Assembly (NCBI GenBank): GCA_002269645.1
Contig: NIVC01000541.1
Location: forward strand, 1 to 50,896
DNA length: 50,896 bases
Source: Macrostomum lignano
Taxonomy: Eukaryota
Reading direction: 5' to 3'
Of this stretch, positions 25,709 through 37,790 are shown in pieces. The position numbers and the translations under genes were made by a program. The notes below the pieces were generated by a model. That model had not been told where the DNA came from. It worked only from the letters and a program-made list of their open reading frames with translations, and made no database searches. Each line of letters begins with the position of its first letter. The stretch's first letter is position 1.

Positions 25709-27555
25709 TAGAGCTATCAAAATTAGAGATTTTATTCGAGACGAGATTTGAGATGAGAAAGGCTTATAAGTTGAAAATTTCGAGACGAGACAAGACAAAG
25801 TAAATCTAAAAAAATATTTTTCAGAATTGTATCTTGTCTTGCTCTTATCTTGTCTTATCTTGTCTTAAATTTCTTGATAAGATACAATTCTAAAATATAT
25901 TTTTTAGATTTTCCAGAATACTTTCTTAATTCTAGTTTTAATTCTTTGCTATTTATTCATAAGCATTTATGCTTATAGCATATAAGCCCTTGGCCCTACT
26001 ATGTCTATTACTAATTTGTCAAAAGACCTGTGTAGATTGTCTTCGAGTCTGCTGTGATACACCTTGCCACAGAACTGAAATGATAACTAAAAGAGTGCAT
26101 ATGCAATATAAACTGGTATATAACGACATTCGTTAAATTAAATTAGGGGTTCCAGTGAGGTTTTGAAACATTTTTTATTCTTGGATATTTTTGGGCAGCT
26201 AAGTAGATCTCTGCAACCAAAATTCAAAATGGCCTCACTTGTTAATTTCTGTCAAGGAATAAAAAAGTTATAGCATTTTTAGTTGTAAAAAATTTTGTAA
26301 TTCCTTATGGCATTTTTGCATTACAGCCTGACCTTTTTTGCGCAAAAAGTACAATTTTTCATATACTTTTATTTATAACTTTTTTGTCCCTTATCCAATT
26401 TTAATATGTTTGGTGTCATTTTTTGCATTTTTTATATTTCCTATACATGCCCTCTTTGCATTCAGTTTCATTAAGGACATCATATTGATCGAAAAAAGCA
26501 AAATAAAAAAACAAAAAAAAATCTGCAAATTTACCATTTATCTACTACAAGTAGACGCGCATTTTTTGGCAAGTTAACTTAAATATTGACCTTGCGGCAA
26601 ACTTTCATGCAATGGGACTTATACCATGTCATTCAGCATGGAAATCTGCAAATTAAACATGTTTAATTTCCTCGTCTCCGCATCTGTGAAGACAGACATC
26701 AACTTTATTGTCTTCTTAATGGCAGTTTACATGTATAAAGGAACAGAGGCTCAGTTGCCTTGTGGCAAGTCATTTGAGATGCCTCTTTTTGGCAAAATGG
26801 AGCAAAGGTTACCCGCATATCAAATTGAATTGTTTAAAATGCGGCCTTTCATGACGACACAAAGAAAAACGTGTTGAAAATTTTCAACTGACAGTAGAGG
26901 AGCCTTAGAAATTTTTTTTTCATTTTTTTATTGCAAAATTTATGCTTTACTATATCCTTTATTCATTCCTTTCATTTAATTTGTTATTCCTAGCACGCTT
27001 TAAGGTGATATTTCAATTGGCCATATGAACCCTCATTTTTACGATTGGCTTCATTTCGTATTTGTGACACTTTTTGTGGTAACTTTCGACATGTATAACT
27101 TTTTTCTTATGTCATACTATAAGAAGGTTCAACACATTTTGGAAAGTATAATTTGTCTAGTTTCTGTTGTATATTTCAGTTTGTCTTTATTTCGTAATTT
27201 AGTACCTTTTTTCTTCATTCTACGTAGGACACATTTTCACGTTTTTCGTGTTTTGGGACATATTTCACAAACCTCATCGGAACCCCTAATTAAATAACTA
27301 AAACTGCTTGACATTGGCTAGATTTTACCATTTGAAAATTGCCCTATCAAGCGTGTTACAACAAACAGTTGTATTTATATGAAAATTTGCTCCCCTTTTT
27401 ATATCTTATCACTTAAAGCTTTTAAAAAAAGGTATCAGAAAAATTCTTGAATCTTGTCTCAAATTTCTTGACAAAATTCAAGATTTCTCAAGACGAGAAA
27501 AAATGTCGAGATCTTATCTCAAATCTTGTCTCGTCAAGATCTCGTGATAGCTCTA
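25709..27555. mobile_element. Non-autonomous hAT-type element
   Basis: Termini TAGAGCTATCA...TGATAGCTCTA, subterminal GAGACGAGA/TCTTGTCT motifs, exact 8-bp TSD acatttag (25701-25708, 27556-27563). Confidence 0.85.
26145..27287. mobile_element. TIR element nested inside the hAT element
   Basis: Imperfect ~25-bp inverted ends aggggttccagtgaggttt / aaacctcatcggaacccct. Flanks aattaaatt / aattaaata (8 of 9 identical). Confidence 0.5.
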
Positions 27556-27661
27556 ACATTTAGACAAAATGAGTCAATAAAGCATTGTGTAAATTCTGAA
27601 GTCAATTGCTTCATATGGAGCAAACTTATAGCAGCCAAAAGTTAGTCAATTTTGCAACCCT

Positions 27662-28784
27662 TTTTATACATCTGGGCCCAGATTAGGAAAGAGAGGCAGG
27701 CAGAGGTTGGGGTGGCTGTCTTATTGACAAAAACAGCCTAACTTTAAAAGTGCACAGCACCATTTAGGATTAACTTTGAGATTCAAAATTTTACACATTT
27801 GTGTTAAAGTAGTTGAAGATAGCTTGTGTCAAATTTGAAGACATTTGGTAAAAGTGGAGCAGTGCTATGAAATGTTTAATAAAAAATTGCATATTTTGAA
27901 GTTTTTTGCAATTTTAGGTAGGAAGACTTGAATTTAGGAAATGTTAAAGTAGTTCAAGACATTCTCCATAGTGAGTTTAGGGTGGGAACAAAATTTGGTG
28001 TCATTTGGTTGAGCAGTTTAGGAGTCCATCAGTCTTCCCACTAGCTGCAGAATTTTCGTAGTGAGGAAATTTTAAATAGACTTGCAGAAAATCAAGGGGA
28101 TTTTCGTACTCTGCGGAAATTTTTCATTTCTGAATTTGCTCTCATGTTATACCCCAATACTGATTACTGGTTTGGTTTGTTGTTCAATGTCTTTGTGGAA
28201 ATTGTTATGCTGCAATTTTGTTGTACTGTTCTTGTGATTTTCTGATTTGCTATACTCGATCCAGACTACCTGATGTCATCTGATCACCGTCACCTTTATT
28301 GTATCGCTGCCCTTCCTGTCTTCTCCCTTCTTGTCCTTTCCCTTCCTGTTCCTCTCCCTTCCTGTCCTGTCCTCTCCCTTCCTTTCCTGTCCCTGTGATT
28401 TCCCCATACCAAGATTTCTGAGCATACAGAATGGAATTTGCTTATCCATTCACCTGCATGCTTGCAGCTTGCATGCATTCACAGCTAGCTGCATCAGTTG
28501 CAGCAAGATGAAGTTTTAGCTCAAAACTGGCTTAGGGGGTCATCTGAACCAGCGCAAAACAGCCTTGGGTAGGGCATTTGTGAACCTAAAAAGTAGTAAA
28601 AATTTATGTGTCTAGCTTCATTTTTTAGGGCTTGCATTGGTTAGGACATATTTTTCTACCCTGCAGAATTTCTTTTAAGCTGTGGAAGAAAAATGGGCAA
28701 AGTGGCAAGGCAACACTGGAGTCCATAGCAATCAAATTTGTATAGAGACACACAGGTGAAGTTTTGATTTTTATAGGTAGAGAT
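27662..28784 (+). mobile_element. Possible Helentron/DINE-like non-autonomous element, CpG-decayed
   Basis: Motif aaatttggtgtcatttggttgagcagtttaggag (27991-28024), internal CT-rich microsatellite (28310-28395) and 3' end ...tttttataggtagagat resemble DINE/HINE-type elements. Recognised from memory only. Confidence 0.35.
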
Positions 28785-28989
28785 GTACAATTATATTTGT
28801 AGGTAGCTTATAGGCCTTATTTAACATAGAATGCTAATTTTCTAAACTAAAAGCTTTATAAATTTTGATAAATGATAAGAAACAAGATATAAGTCTAGGC
28901 CAAAAAATGAAAACTTATCTTGATAGCCCAATATATTTGTTAGTAAAATCTACTTCCTATTTTTTTTCCAAATATGTAGTTTCTTATTC

Positions 28990-29400
28990 TACTACTTGAG
29001 TAGTCTTATTGTCCCATGGGTTGCTTTTGCCTTCTAGAATAATCCCACTGATGGTACCAAAATTGTCCTAGGGCTTATTTCCTTCTTAACAATATCCTAG
29101 TGATGCCACCAAATTGTACTAGTTCTAAACTTCTCCTACTGTTGTATTCTACTTTTTCTTTGTATAAGTCTGGTAGCTTTCTGGTAGCATTCTAAGTAGC
29201 CTGAGCAGTCTTACTGGTATATATGTACTACTTTTCCAGTCTGGGCGTTATCAAGATTAGAGCATCATGGTGCTTGCCTTTACCTTTACTTCTAAATGCA
29301 TATACTCCCAAATGTCTCTAAATACTTCTTGGAATCTCTTACTATATAATGATTAATACTCTGAGAATGGTTTTCAGTGAACAAGTTTCTAAGCTTATTG
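28990..29400 (-). mobile_element. Heavily decayed CR1/L2-like RT fragment
   Basis: Broken translation RHLGVY...ITPRLE...NATRKLPDL...EYNSRRSLEL resembles KDLGV...RPHLEY...RATRLVPEL..YEERL. Many stops. Confidence 0.4.
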
Positions 29401-30104
29401 CTTGAGAGCAAGCTGCAAACAAGTTGTTCTTTCTTCTATAACTTTGCTCCTATTTATACTAAATTTATAAAAAAAATATAAACTGAGAATATTTTGTACA
29501 TTATAACAAAATATATTTTGTGCAAATTTAAAAGTAGGCTTTCCTAGAAACATTAGTAACTTGTTTTTTAAAACTAAAAAAAGATTCAATTTTCATTGAA
29601 GCTTTTTGTAAAGTTTAATTTTAGAAATATATGTGGCCTAGCTGAAATTATGTTTAAAGACTAGGCTAAGTTATTGTAAAGACTCTAATAAGATTTTCTT
29701 CGTATCAATTGAAATATCTCAATTTAGACATATTTCTTATTTACTAGTACTAACCTTATTATTAAATATTTATGCAAGAGCCAGCCAACTAGAACACTGC
29801 TAGGGATGCAGCCCTTGTGCCACAGCTGGGCTGGCATGCCAACACCCTCTAGCTAAGCTCGCCACAAAGTGCACCAGGCCCTAACTAAGAAATGCACAAG
29901 AATAATGCCAAAATTTGGTGCATTTGTTAAATTGTACAAAAGCATTGTATACCAAGTAATTTTATAAATATGGTTTCTATTATAATTTTACAAGTTGAAA
30001 TATATGGATGTTGGAGTTTACAATGATGACCTGATGTCAAAACATTATAATGCCGGAAATGCCCCCTCATTGTTCATGGTATTATTGCTACAATATTGTA
30101 AACA

Positions 30105-32154
30105 ATGGGCCTGCCCTGCGGTGGATTCACCTGTACTAAAACTGCTCTAACTGTGCTCAATGGTGTCTTCATGCTAGTTGCTATAGCCCTGATGGCTCTG
30201 GCTGGCTATTCTCGCATGGCCGCCGTTGTGACCAGCATCAATATCCTGTCTGGCCTCATCGTGTGCGGAGTGTTTCTCTTCTTTGTCAGCTTGCTGGGGT
30301 TGCTTAGCGCTCGTCTGCACAACCAAGTAAGTTTTTATTCACCTTAGGCTTTCTGTCAATTCTGGCTGCATCGCATCGTTGTAAAATAACCAAGACTCCT
30401 AGACTCTCAGTTGCTGGGCCAGCCTCCCCAATCCTCTGTTGCTGGGCCAGCCTCCCAGATCCTCAGTTGCTGAGCCAGCCTCCCAGACTCTCAGTTGCTG
30501 GGCCAGCCTACCAGACTCTCAGTTGCTGGGCCAGCCTCCCCGATCCTCTGTTGCTGGGCCAGCCTCCCAGATCCTCAGTTGCTGGGCCAGCCTCCCAGAT
30601 CCTCAGTTTCTGGGCCAGCCTCCCAGATCCTCAGTTGCTGGGCCAGCCTCCCAGATCCTCAGTTTCTGGGCCAGCCTCCCAGATCCTCAGTTGCTGGGCC
30701 AGCCTCCCAGATCCTCAGTTTCTGGGCCAGCCTCCCAGATCCTCAGTTGCTGGGCCAGCCTCCCAGATCCTCAGTTTCTGGGCCAGCCTCCCAGATCCTC
30801 AGTTGCTGGGCCAGCCTCTCAGATCCTCAGTTGCTGGGCCAGCCTCCCAGAGTGTCAGTTGCTGGGCCAGCCTCCCAGATCCTCAGTTTCTGGGCCAGCC
30901 TCCCAGATCCTCAGTTTCTGGGCCAGCCTCCCAGATCCTCAGTTTCTGGGCCAGCCTCCCAGATCCTCAGTTGCTGGGCCAGCCTCCCAGATCCTCAGTT
31001 GCTGGGCCAGCCTCCCAGATCCTCAGTTTCTGGGCCAGCCTCCCAGATCCTCAGTTGCTGGGCCAGCCTCCCAGATCCTCAGTTGCTGGGCCAGCCTCCC
31101 AGATCCTCAGTTGCTGGGCCAGCCTCCCAGATCCTCAGTTGCTGGGCCAGCCTCCCAGATCCTCAGTTGCTGGGCCAGCCTCCCAGAGTGTCAGTTGCTG
31201 GGCCAGCCTCCCAGATCCTCAGTTTCTGGGCCAGCCTCCCAGATCCTCAGTTTCTGGGCCAGCCTCCCAGATCCTCAGTTGCTGGGCCAGCCTCCCAGAT
31301 CCTCAGTTGCTGGGCCAGCCTCCCAGATCCTCAGTTGCTGGGCCAGCCTCCCAGATCCTCAGTTTCTGGGCCAGCCTCCCAGATCTTCAGTTGCTGGGCC
31401 AGCCTCCCAAATCCTCAGTTGCTGGGCCAGCCTCTCAGATCCTCAGTTGCTGGGCCAGCCTCCCAGATCCTCAGTTGCTGGGCCAGCCTCCCAGATCCTC
31501 AGTTGCTCACCCACCGCCGCTCTCCCAAATCTTAATGCTCATCAAGCGCCAATCTCCTAAACTCAGACTGTGCCAATGTCCTAGTGTCACATATATGACT
31601 ACTTTCAGTAGGCCTATATCAGCAGAATCCTTAAGTCTAATTAGTCGCCCAAATGCCGCCCCGGAATCGCGCAGGCCATGCTGTTCTTCTACATAATCGT
31701 GCTATTCCTGCTGTTCCTGCTGCAATTCGCCATCGCCTGCGCCTGCTTAGCGGTGAACTCCAGCCAGCAGGAGACCATACTTGAGGCGGCCTGGGGCCAG
31801 CTTGGCAATTATAGCCGTGCTGACGCCCAGCGCCTGTTCCAGTGCTGCGGCTTCCGCAACCCAATGCAGCTGGACGAGCCGCTGGGCCATCCGCCGTGCG
31901 CTCCGCTGGCCTGCTGCTCCGGCAGCGCCAGCCTGTGCTGCACTGGCAACCTGAATTCTACAGCCAATCTCGGCCTAGCCTGCCCGTGCCAGCTCAACTG
32001 CCTGACCGCCACCAAGGCTAAGTTTAATCGGGCCGCCAAACTCACTGGCAGTGTTGGCCTGCTGGTGTCCTTTGCCGAGATTGCGGGCGTCTGGCTGGCC
32101 ATCCGCTATCGCAATCTCAAGGATCCTCGGGCTGATCTGTCTGCTTTTCTTTGA
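30105..32154 (+). CDS. TSPAN13/31: Tetraspanin of the TSPAN13/TSPAN31 subfamily, 233 aa
   Basis: Exon 1 30105-30326 (CAA|GTAAGT), exon 2 31675-32154 (CAG|GCC), phase 0. N-terminal CGGFTC, four hydrophobic segments, CCG motif in the large loop, C-terminal RYRNLKDPRADLSAFL matching the subfamily tail RxRNxKDPRAxxSAFL. Confidence 0.93.
30395..31510. repeat. 28-bp minisatellite in tetraspanin intron
   Basis: Unit cagttgctgggccagcctcccagatcct. Stop-free on +, hence three long false ORFs. Confidence 0.92.
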
Positions 32155-32234
32155 CAGTTCGTGTCTAAGGGAATTGGGAGCAAATACTTTTGCAATAAAG
32201 TCTGTAGGGGGAGGGCAGAGCAGGGAAGGAGGCA

Positions 32235-34510
32235 GATTCAGTAGTAGTAGAGAGGCAGATTCAACAATAGTAGAGAGGCAGATTCAACAATAGTGAAGAG
32301 GCAGATTCAACGGTAGTGGAGAGGCAGATTCAACGGTAGTGGAGAGGCAGATTCAACGGTAGTGGAGAGGCAGATTCAACGGTAGTGGAGAGGCAGATTC
32401 AACGGTAGTGGAGAGGCAGATTCAACGGTAGTGGAGAGGCAGTTTTAATGGTAGTGGAGAGGCAGATTCAACGGTAGTGGAGAGGCAGTTTTAATGGTAG
32501 TAGAGAGGTAGATTTAATGGTAGTGGCTGCAGATTTAAGGGTAGTGGCTGCAGATTCAATGATAGTGGCTGCAGATTCAATGATAGTGGCTGCAGATTCA
32601 ATGATAGTGGCTGCAGATTCAATGATAGTGGCTGCAGATTCAATGATAGTGGAGAGGCAGATTCAACGGTAGTGGAGAGGCAGTTTTAATGGTAGTGGAG
32701 AGGCAGATTTAACGGTAGTGGAGAGGCAGTTTTAATGGTAGTGGAGAGGCAGATTCAACGGTAGTGGAGAGGCAGATTCAACGGTAGTGGAGAGGCAGTT
32801 TTAATGGTAGTGGAGAGGCAGATTCAACAATAGTAGAGAGGCAGATTCAACAATAGTGGAGAGGCAGATTCAACGGTAGTGGAGAGGCAGATTCAACGGT
32901 AGTGGAGAGGCAGATTCAACGGTAGTGGAGAGGCAGATTCAACGGTAGTGGAGAGGCAGATTCAACGGTAGTGGAGAGGCAGTTTTAATGGTAGTGGAGA
33001 GGCAGATTTAACGGTAGTGGAGAGGCAGTTTTAATGGTAGTGGAGAGGCAGATTCAACGGTAGTGGAGAGGCAGATTCAACGGTAGTGGAGAGGCAGTTT
33101 TAATGGTAGTGGAGAGGCAGATTCAACAATAGTAGAGAGGCAGATTCAACAATAGTGGAGAGGCAGATTCAACGGTAGTGGAGAGGCAGATTCAACGGTA
33201 GTGGAGAGGCAGATTCAACGGTAGTGGAGAGGCAGATTCAACGGTAGTGGAGAGGCAGATTCAACGGTAGTGGAGAGGCAGATTCAACGGTAGTGGAGAG
33301 GCAATTTTAATGGTAGTGGAGAGGCAGATTTAACGGTAGTGGAGAGGCAGTTTTAATGGTAGTGGAGAGGCAGATTCAACGGTAGTGGAGAGGCAGATTC
33401 AACGGTAGTGGAGAGGCAGTTTTAATGGTAGTGGAGAGGCAGATTCAACAATAGTAGAGAGGCAGATTCAACAATAGTGGAGAGGCAGATTCAACGGTAG
33501 TGGAGAGGCAGATTCAACGGTAGTGGAGAGGCAGATTCAACGGTAGTGGAGAGGCAGATTCAACGGTAGTGGAGAGGCAGATTCAACGGTAGTGGAGAGG
33601 CAGATTTAATGGTAGTGGAGAGGCAGATTCAACGGTAGTGGAGAGGCAGTTTTAATGGTAGTAGAGAGGTAGATTTAATGGTAGTGGCTGCAGATTTAAG
33701 GGTAGTGGCTGCAGATTCAATGATAGTGGCTGCAGATTCAATGATAGTGGCTGCAGATTCAATGATAGTGGCTGCAGATTCAATGATAGTGGCTGCAGAT
33801 TCAATGGTAGTGGCTGCAGATTCAATGGTAGTGGAGAGGCAGATTCAACGGTAGTGGAGAGGCAGATTCAAGGGTAGTGGAGAAGCAGATTCAACGTTAG
33901 TGGAGAGGCAGATTCAAGGGTAGTGGAGAGGTAGATTTAATGGTAGTGGCTGCAGATTTAAGGGTAGTGGCTGCAGATTCAATGATAGTGGCTGCAGATT
34001 CAAGGATAGTGGCTGCAGATTCAATGATAGTGGCTGCAGATTCAATGATAGTGGCTGCAGATTCAATGATAGTGGCTGCAGATTCAATGGTAGTGGCTGC
34101 AGATTCAACGGTAGTGGAGAGGCAGATTCAACGGTAGTGGAGAGGCAGATTCAACGGTAGTGGAGAGGCAGTTTTAATGGTAGTGGAGAGGCAGATTTAA
34201 CGGTAGTGGAGAGGCAGTTTTAATGGTAGTGGAGAGGCAGATTCAATGGTAGTGGAGAGGCTGATTCAATGGTAGTAGAGAGGCAGTTTTAATGGTAGTG
34301 GCTGCAGATTTAAGGGTAGTGGCTGCAGATTCAATGATAGTGGCTGCAGATTCAATGATAGTGGCTGCAGATTCAATGGTAGTGGCTGCAGATTCAATGG
34401 TAGTGGAGAGGCAGATTCAACGGTAGTGGAGAGGCAGATTCAAGGGTAGTGGAGAAGCAGATTCAACGTTAGTGGAGAGGCAGATTCAAGGGTAGTGGAG
34501 AGGCAGATTA
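32235..34510. repeat. Composite 23-bp/21-bp minisatellite
   Basis: Blocks of ggtagtggagaggcagattcaac alternate with blocks of gatagtggctgcagattcaat. Confidence 0.92.
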
Positions 34511-34525
34511 AGGATTAAGAGCATT

Positions 34526-34806
34526 CATACATGCGCAACCCCCCTGATTTACACTGGCCATGCGACTTACTTTTTGACCAAAAATGTGACCTACCTGTGA
34601 AAGAAACCCTAGAGCAACATTAACGTAATTCTGGGTAAACGGCAGGAGTAACTATGACTGTCTTATAAGGGCTAAATGCCTCGTCATCTAATTAGTACTA
34701 CGTCTGTATCCTTTGGGGTGGGCATTTTTTGCGACTTACCCCTGGTCCACCACAATTTACGGTGGCCAGATCGGCCAGGTCGGCCAGCAGTTGCGCATGT
34801 ATGCTC
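34526..34806. mobile_element. MITE-like element enclosing the 28S fragment
   Basis: Perfect 14-bp inverted repeat catacatgcgcaac (34526-34539) / gttgcgcatgtatg (34790-34803). 8-bp direct repeat agagcatt at 34518-34525 and 34807-34814; the right end has 3 extra bases. Confidence 0.6.
34633..34696 (+). rRNA. 64-bp 28S rRNA fragment (not a functional gene)
   Basis: gggtaaacggcaggagtaactatgactgtcttataagggctaaatgcctcgtcatctaattagt aligns to the conserved eukaryotic 28S segment GGGTAAACGGCGGGAGTAACTATGACTCTCTTAAGGTAGCCAAATGCCTCGTCATCTAATTAGT. Flanks do not continue as rRNA. Confidence 0.85.
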
Positions 34807-35268
34807 AGAGCATTGGTCCTGTTTCGTGGTCTCGACAATACTATATATTTCTATTGTGTGTAAACTTAGCATAGCAACAAAAGTGCAAAATTCGATGTTT
34901 CGGTCAGCAACAATGTGTTCACTGATTTTCATTATCGATATTGTCCCAGATGCACTTTTCAGTTCACAACTGGTGTGTTCGTTTTGAAGCTGTGTAATCT
35001 GTGAAGTCTAAGAGTTATTTTACATAATTATTGCATAATCCAGAGCGCAGTCTGTGCCGCTTATTTTACGTGCTTGTCCTTTTTTTCTCTGCTAGTCTTG
35101 CTAACACAAGCCCGTTGTTTTGTTGTGTGGCGGCGCTTTCTGTAATTGTGCTTACTTATAATTATATCCAGCCAATTACCCACGATTCATCTGTTATTCT
35201 CTTTTGTCTGTCTGCTTTATTGGCCAGGTTCGAGTCCTCCATGAAGGTGCCGGAAGTTGCAGGTCTAG

Positions 35269-35620
35269 CCCACTGAAGGGGTAAGCGCCCACTGAAGGGG
35301 GTAAGCGCTCACTGAAGAGGTAAGCGCCCAGTGAAGTGGATAAGCACCCACTGAAGGGGTAAGCGTCCACTGAAGAGGTAAGCGCCCACTGAAGAGGTAA
35401 GCGCCCACTGAAGAGGTAAGCGCCCACTGAAGAGGTAAGCGCCCACTGAAGTGGATAAGCACCCACTGAAGGGGGTAAGCGCCCATTGCTGAAGGGGGGT
35501 AAGCGTCTACTGCTGAGGGGGATAAGCGCCCACTGAAGGGGATAAACGCCCACTAAGGGGGTAAGCACCCACTAAGGGGGTAAACGCCCACTAAGGGGGT
35601 AAGCACCCACTGAAGGGGGT
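35269..35620. repeat. 19-20-bp minisatellite (cccactgaagaggtaagcg)
   Basis: Direct reading. Confidence 0.85.
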
Positions 35621-36265
35621 CAGCGCACACAAAGCTAACGTGGTCAATAAAATCTACTGTGTATTTTATCATTTTCTATAAAGCAATATAACTGCAAATA
35701 GGGAAACTCCTGAGTTATAATTAGTCAGTAGCTGCTACGAATTGTTAAACATTGATTTTCAATTAAAATGCGTGATTTTTCCCATCGAAGAAATCCCAAC
35801 TATGAGGTTCATCGCATCGTAGTTTAGTGCTGCTGCCGCTGTTTTTTCTTCAATTTTTTTCTTTATCGCGTCTTGTCCTACCTTGGTGTCGGTGTCTTGT
35901 GCTTCTGTCCTTGCGGTCGTATTAACTAATTTTTTTATGTTGACTCTCATAATTTTTGTTTCCATAGAAGACTATTGTTATTATATTGAACATTGACTAC
36001 GCATTGAGCTCCTATCGATGTACTATTGTACATTAATATGCTTGCACACACAGACCTGTAGACCATATGCGATCTTCAAACCTTCCAGTCAGTCTTTGTT
36101 CCTTTTCTATTGTTAATTTCGGCTCTCTGTCCAATTGTTATTTATTGTTGTCATGAATTGTTGCAATTGCACAATACCATTTAGCCTGCGCATATATACA
36201 TATATAATTAAATTGATGTGGGTTGTACCGTTGTATCTAGAATTATTGTCTCGGTTTTCAGACTT

Positions 36266-36770
36266 CGTTGGTGATTTGCGGTGATGTGACTTGGTTGGTG
36301 ATTTGCGGTGATGTGACTTGGTTGGTGATTTGCGGTGATGTGACTTGGTTGGTGATTTGCGGTGATGTGACTTGGTTGGTGATTTGCGGTGATGTGACTT
36401 GGTTGGTGATTTGCGGTGATGTGACTTGGTTGGTGATTTGCGGTGATGTGACTTGGTTGGTGATTTGCGGTGATGTGACTTGGTTGGTGATTTGCGGTGA
36501 TGTGACTTGGTTGGTGATTTGCGGTGATGTGACTTGGTTGGTGATTTGCGGTGATGTGACTTGGTTGGTGATTTGCGGTGATGTGACTTGGTTGGTGATT
36601 TGCGGTGATGTGACTTGGTTGGTGATTTGCGGTGATGTGACTTGGTTGGTGATTTGCGGTGATGTGACTTGGTTGGTGATTTGCGGTGATGTGACTTGGT
36701 TGGTGATTTGCGGTGATGTGACTTGGTTGGTGATTTGCGGTGATGTGACTTGGTTGGTGATTTGCGGTGA
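36266..36770. repeat. Perfect 27-bp minisatellite (ggtgatttgcggtgatgtgacttggtt)
   Basis: About 18 identical copies. Confidence 0.95.
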
Positions 36771-36774
36771 AGTG

Positions 36775-37480
36775 AGCGGAGAGGCAGATTCTCAAGCAGT
36801 GGAGATGCAGATTCTCAAGCACTGTGAGAGTGGAGAGGCAGATTCTCAAGCACTGTGAGAGTGGAGAGGCAGATTCTCAAGCACTGTGAGAGTGGAGACA
36901 GAGAGGCAGATTCTCAAGCACTGTGAGAGTGGAGAGGCAGATTCTCAAGCACTGTGAGAGTGGAGATGCAGATTCTTAAGCACTGTGGGAGTGGAAAGGC
37001 AGATTCTCAAGCACTGTGAGAGTGGAGAGGCAGATTCTCAAGCACTGTGAGAGTGGAGAGGCAGATTCTCAAGCACTGTGAGAGTGGAGATGCAGATTCT
37101 TAAGCACTGTGGGAGTGGAGAGGCAGATTCTCAAGCACTGAGTGAGCGGAGAGGCAGATTCTCGAGCACTGTGAGAGTGGAGAGGCAGATTCTCAAGCAC
37201 TGTGGGAGTGGAGAGGCAGATTCTCAAGCACTGTGAGAGTGGAGAGGCAGATTCTCAAGCACTGTGAGAGTGGACAGGCAGATTCTCAAGCACTGTGGGA
37301 GTGGAGAGGCAGATTCTCAAGCACTGTGAGAGTGGAGAGGCAGATTCTCAAGCACTGTGAGAGTGGAGAGGCAGATTATCAAGCACTGAGAGTGGAGAGG
37401 CAGATTCTCAAGCACTGTGAGAGTGGAGAGGCAGATTATCAAGCACTGAGAGTGGAGACGCAGATTCTCAAGCACTGAGT
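36775..37480. repeat. 31-bp minisatellite (gagagtggagaggcagattctcaagcactgt)
   Basis: Directly abuts the 27-bp array. Confidence 0.9.
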
Positions 37481-37790
37481 GGGTGGAAGCTGCAGATTAT
37501 CACACTGGGGGAGCGTAGCGGCTGATTTAAGTTCAGCAGCAGATTCGGTAAATTGTATGTCAAAAGTGATGCTACATGTAAGACTCGCAGTCTTTTTCAC
37601 CTCTTATGGCCGCCATGTGGTCAAGTAATTGTTGACTATGGACTTTTTAATGCCATGCAAAGAGAAAGTGTCTGCTTTCACAAAAATGTTAGAAAATGGC
37701 TTGATTTATTAGTTTCTGCTTTTAACACAGCTTTCGTAGCTTATAGCATCACTTCGCTACTGTTGGTAAAAAGTTAAGTAAAGTATTTTG

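Noticed and set aside
30439-31696. Three overlapping 350-410 aa ORFs
   Set aside because: The 28-bp unit lacks stops on +, and it lies in the tetraspanin intron.
35227-35237. tRNA B-box-like GGTTCGAGTCC
   Set aside because: No A-box or cloverleaf could be folded around it.
35759-35965. Lys-rich 68-aa ORF on -
   Set aside because: No splice context or motif.
36208-36858. Perfect 9-aa repeat ORFs on both strands
   Set aside because: 27-bp DNA repeat with no synonymous variation and no unique coding flanks.
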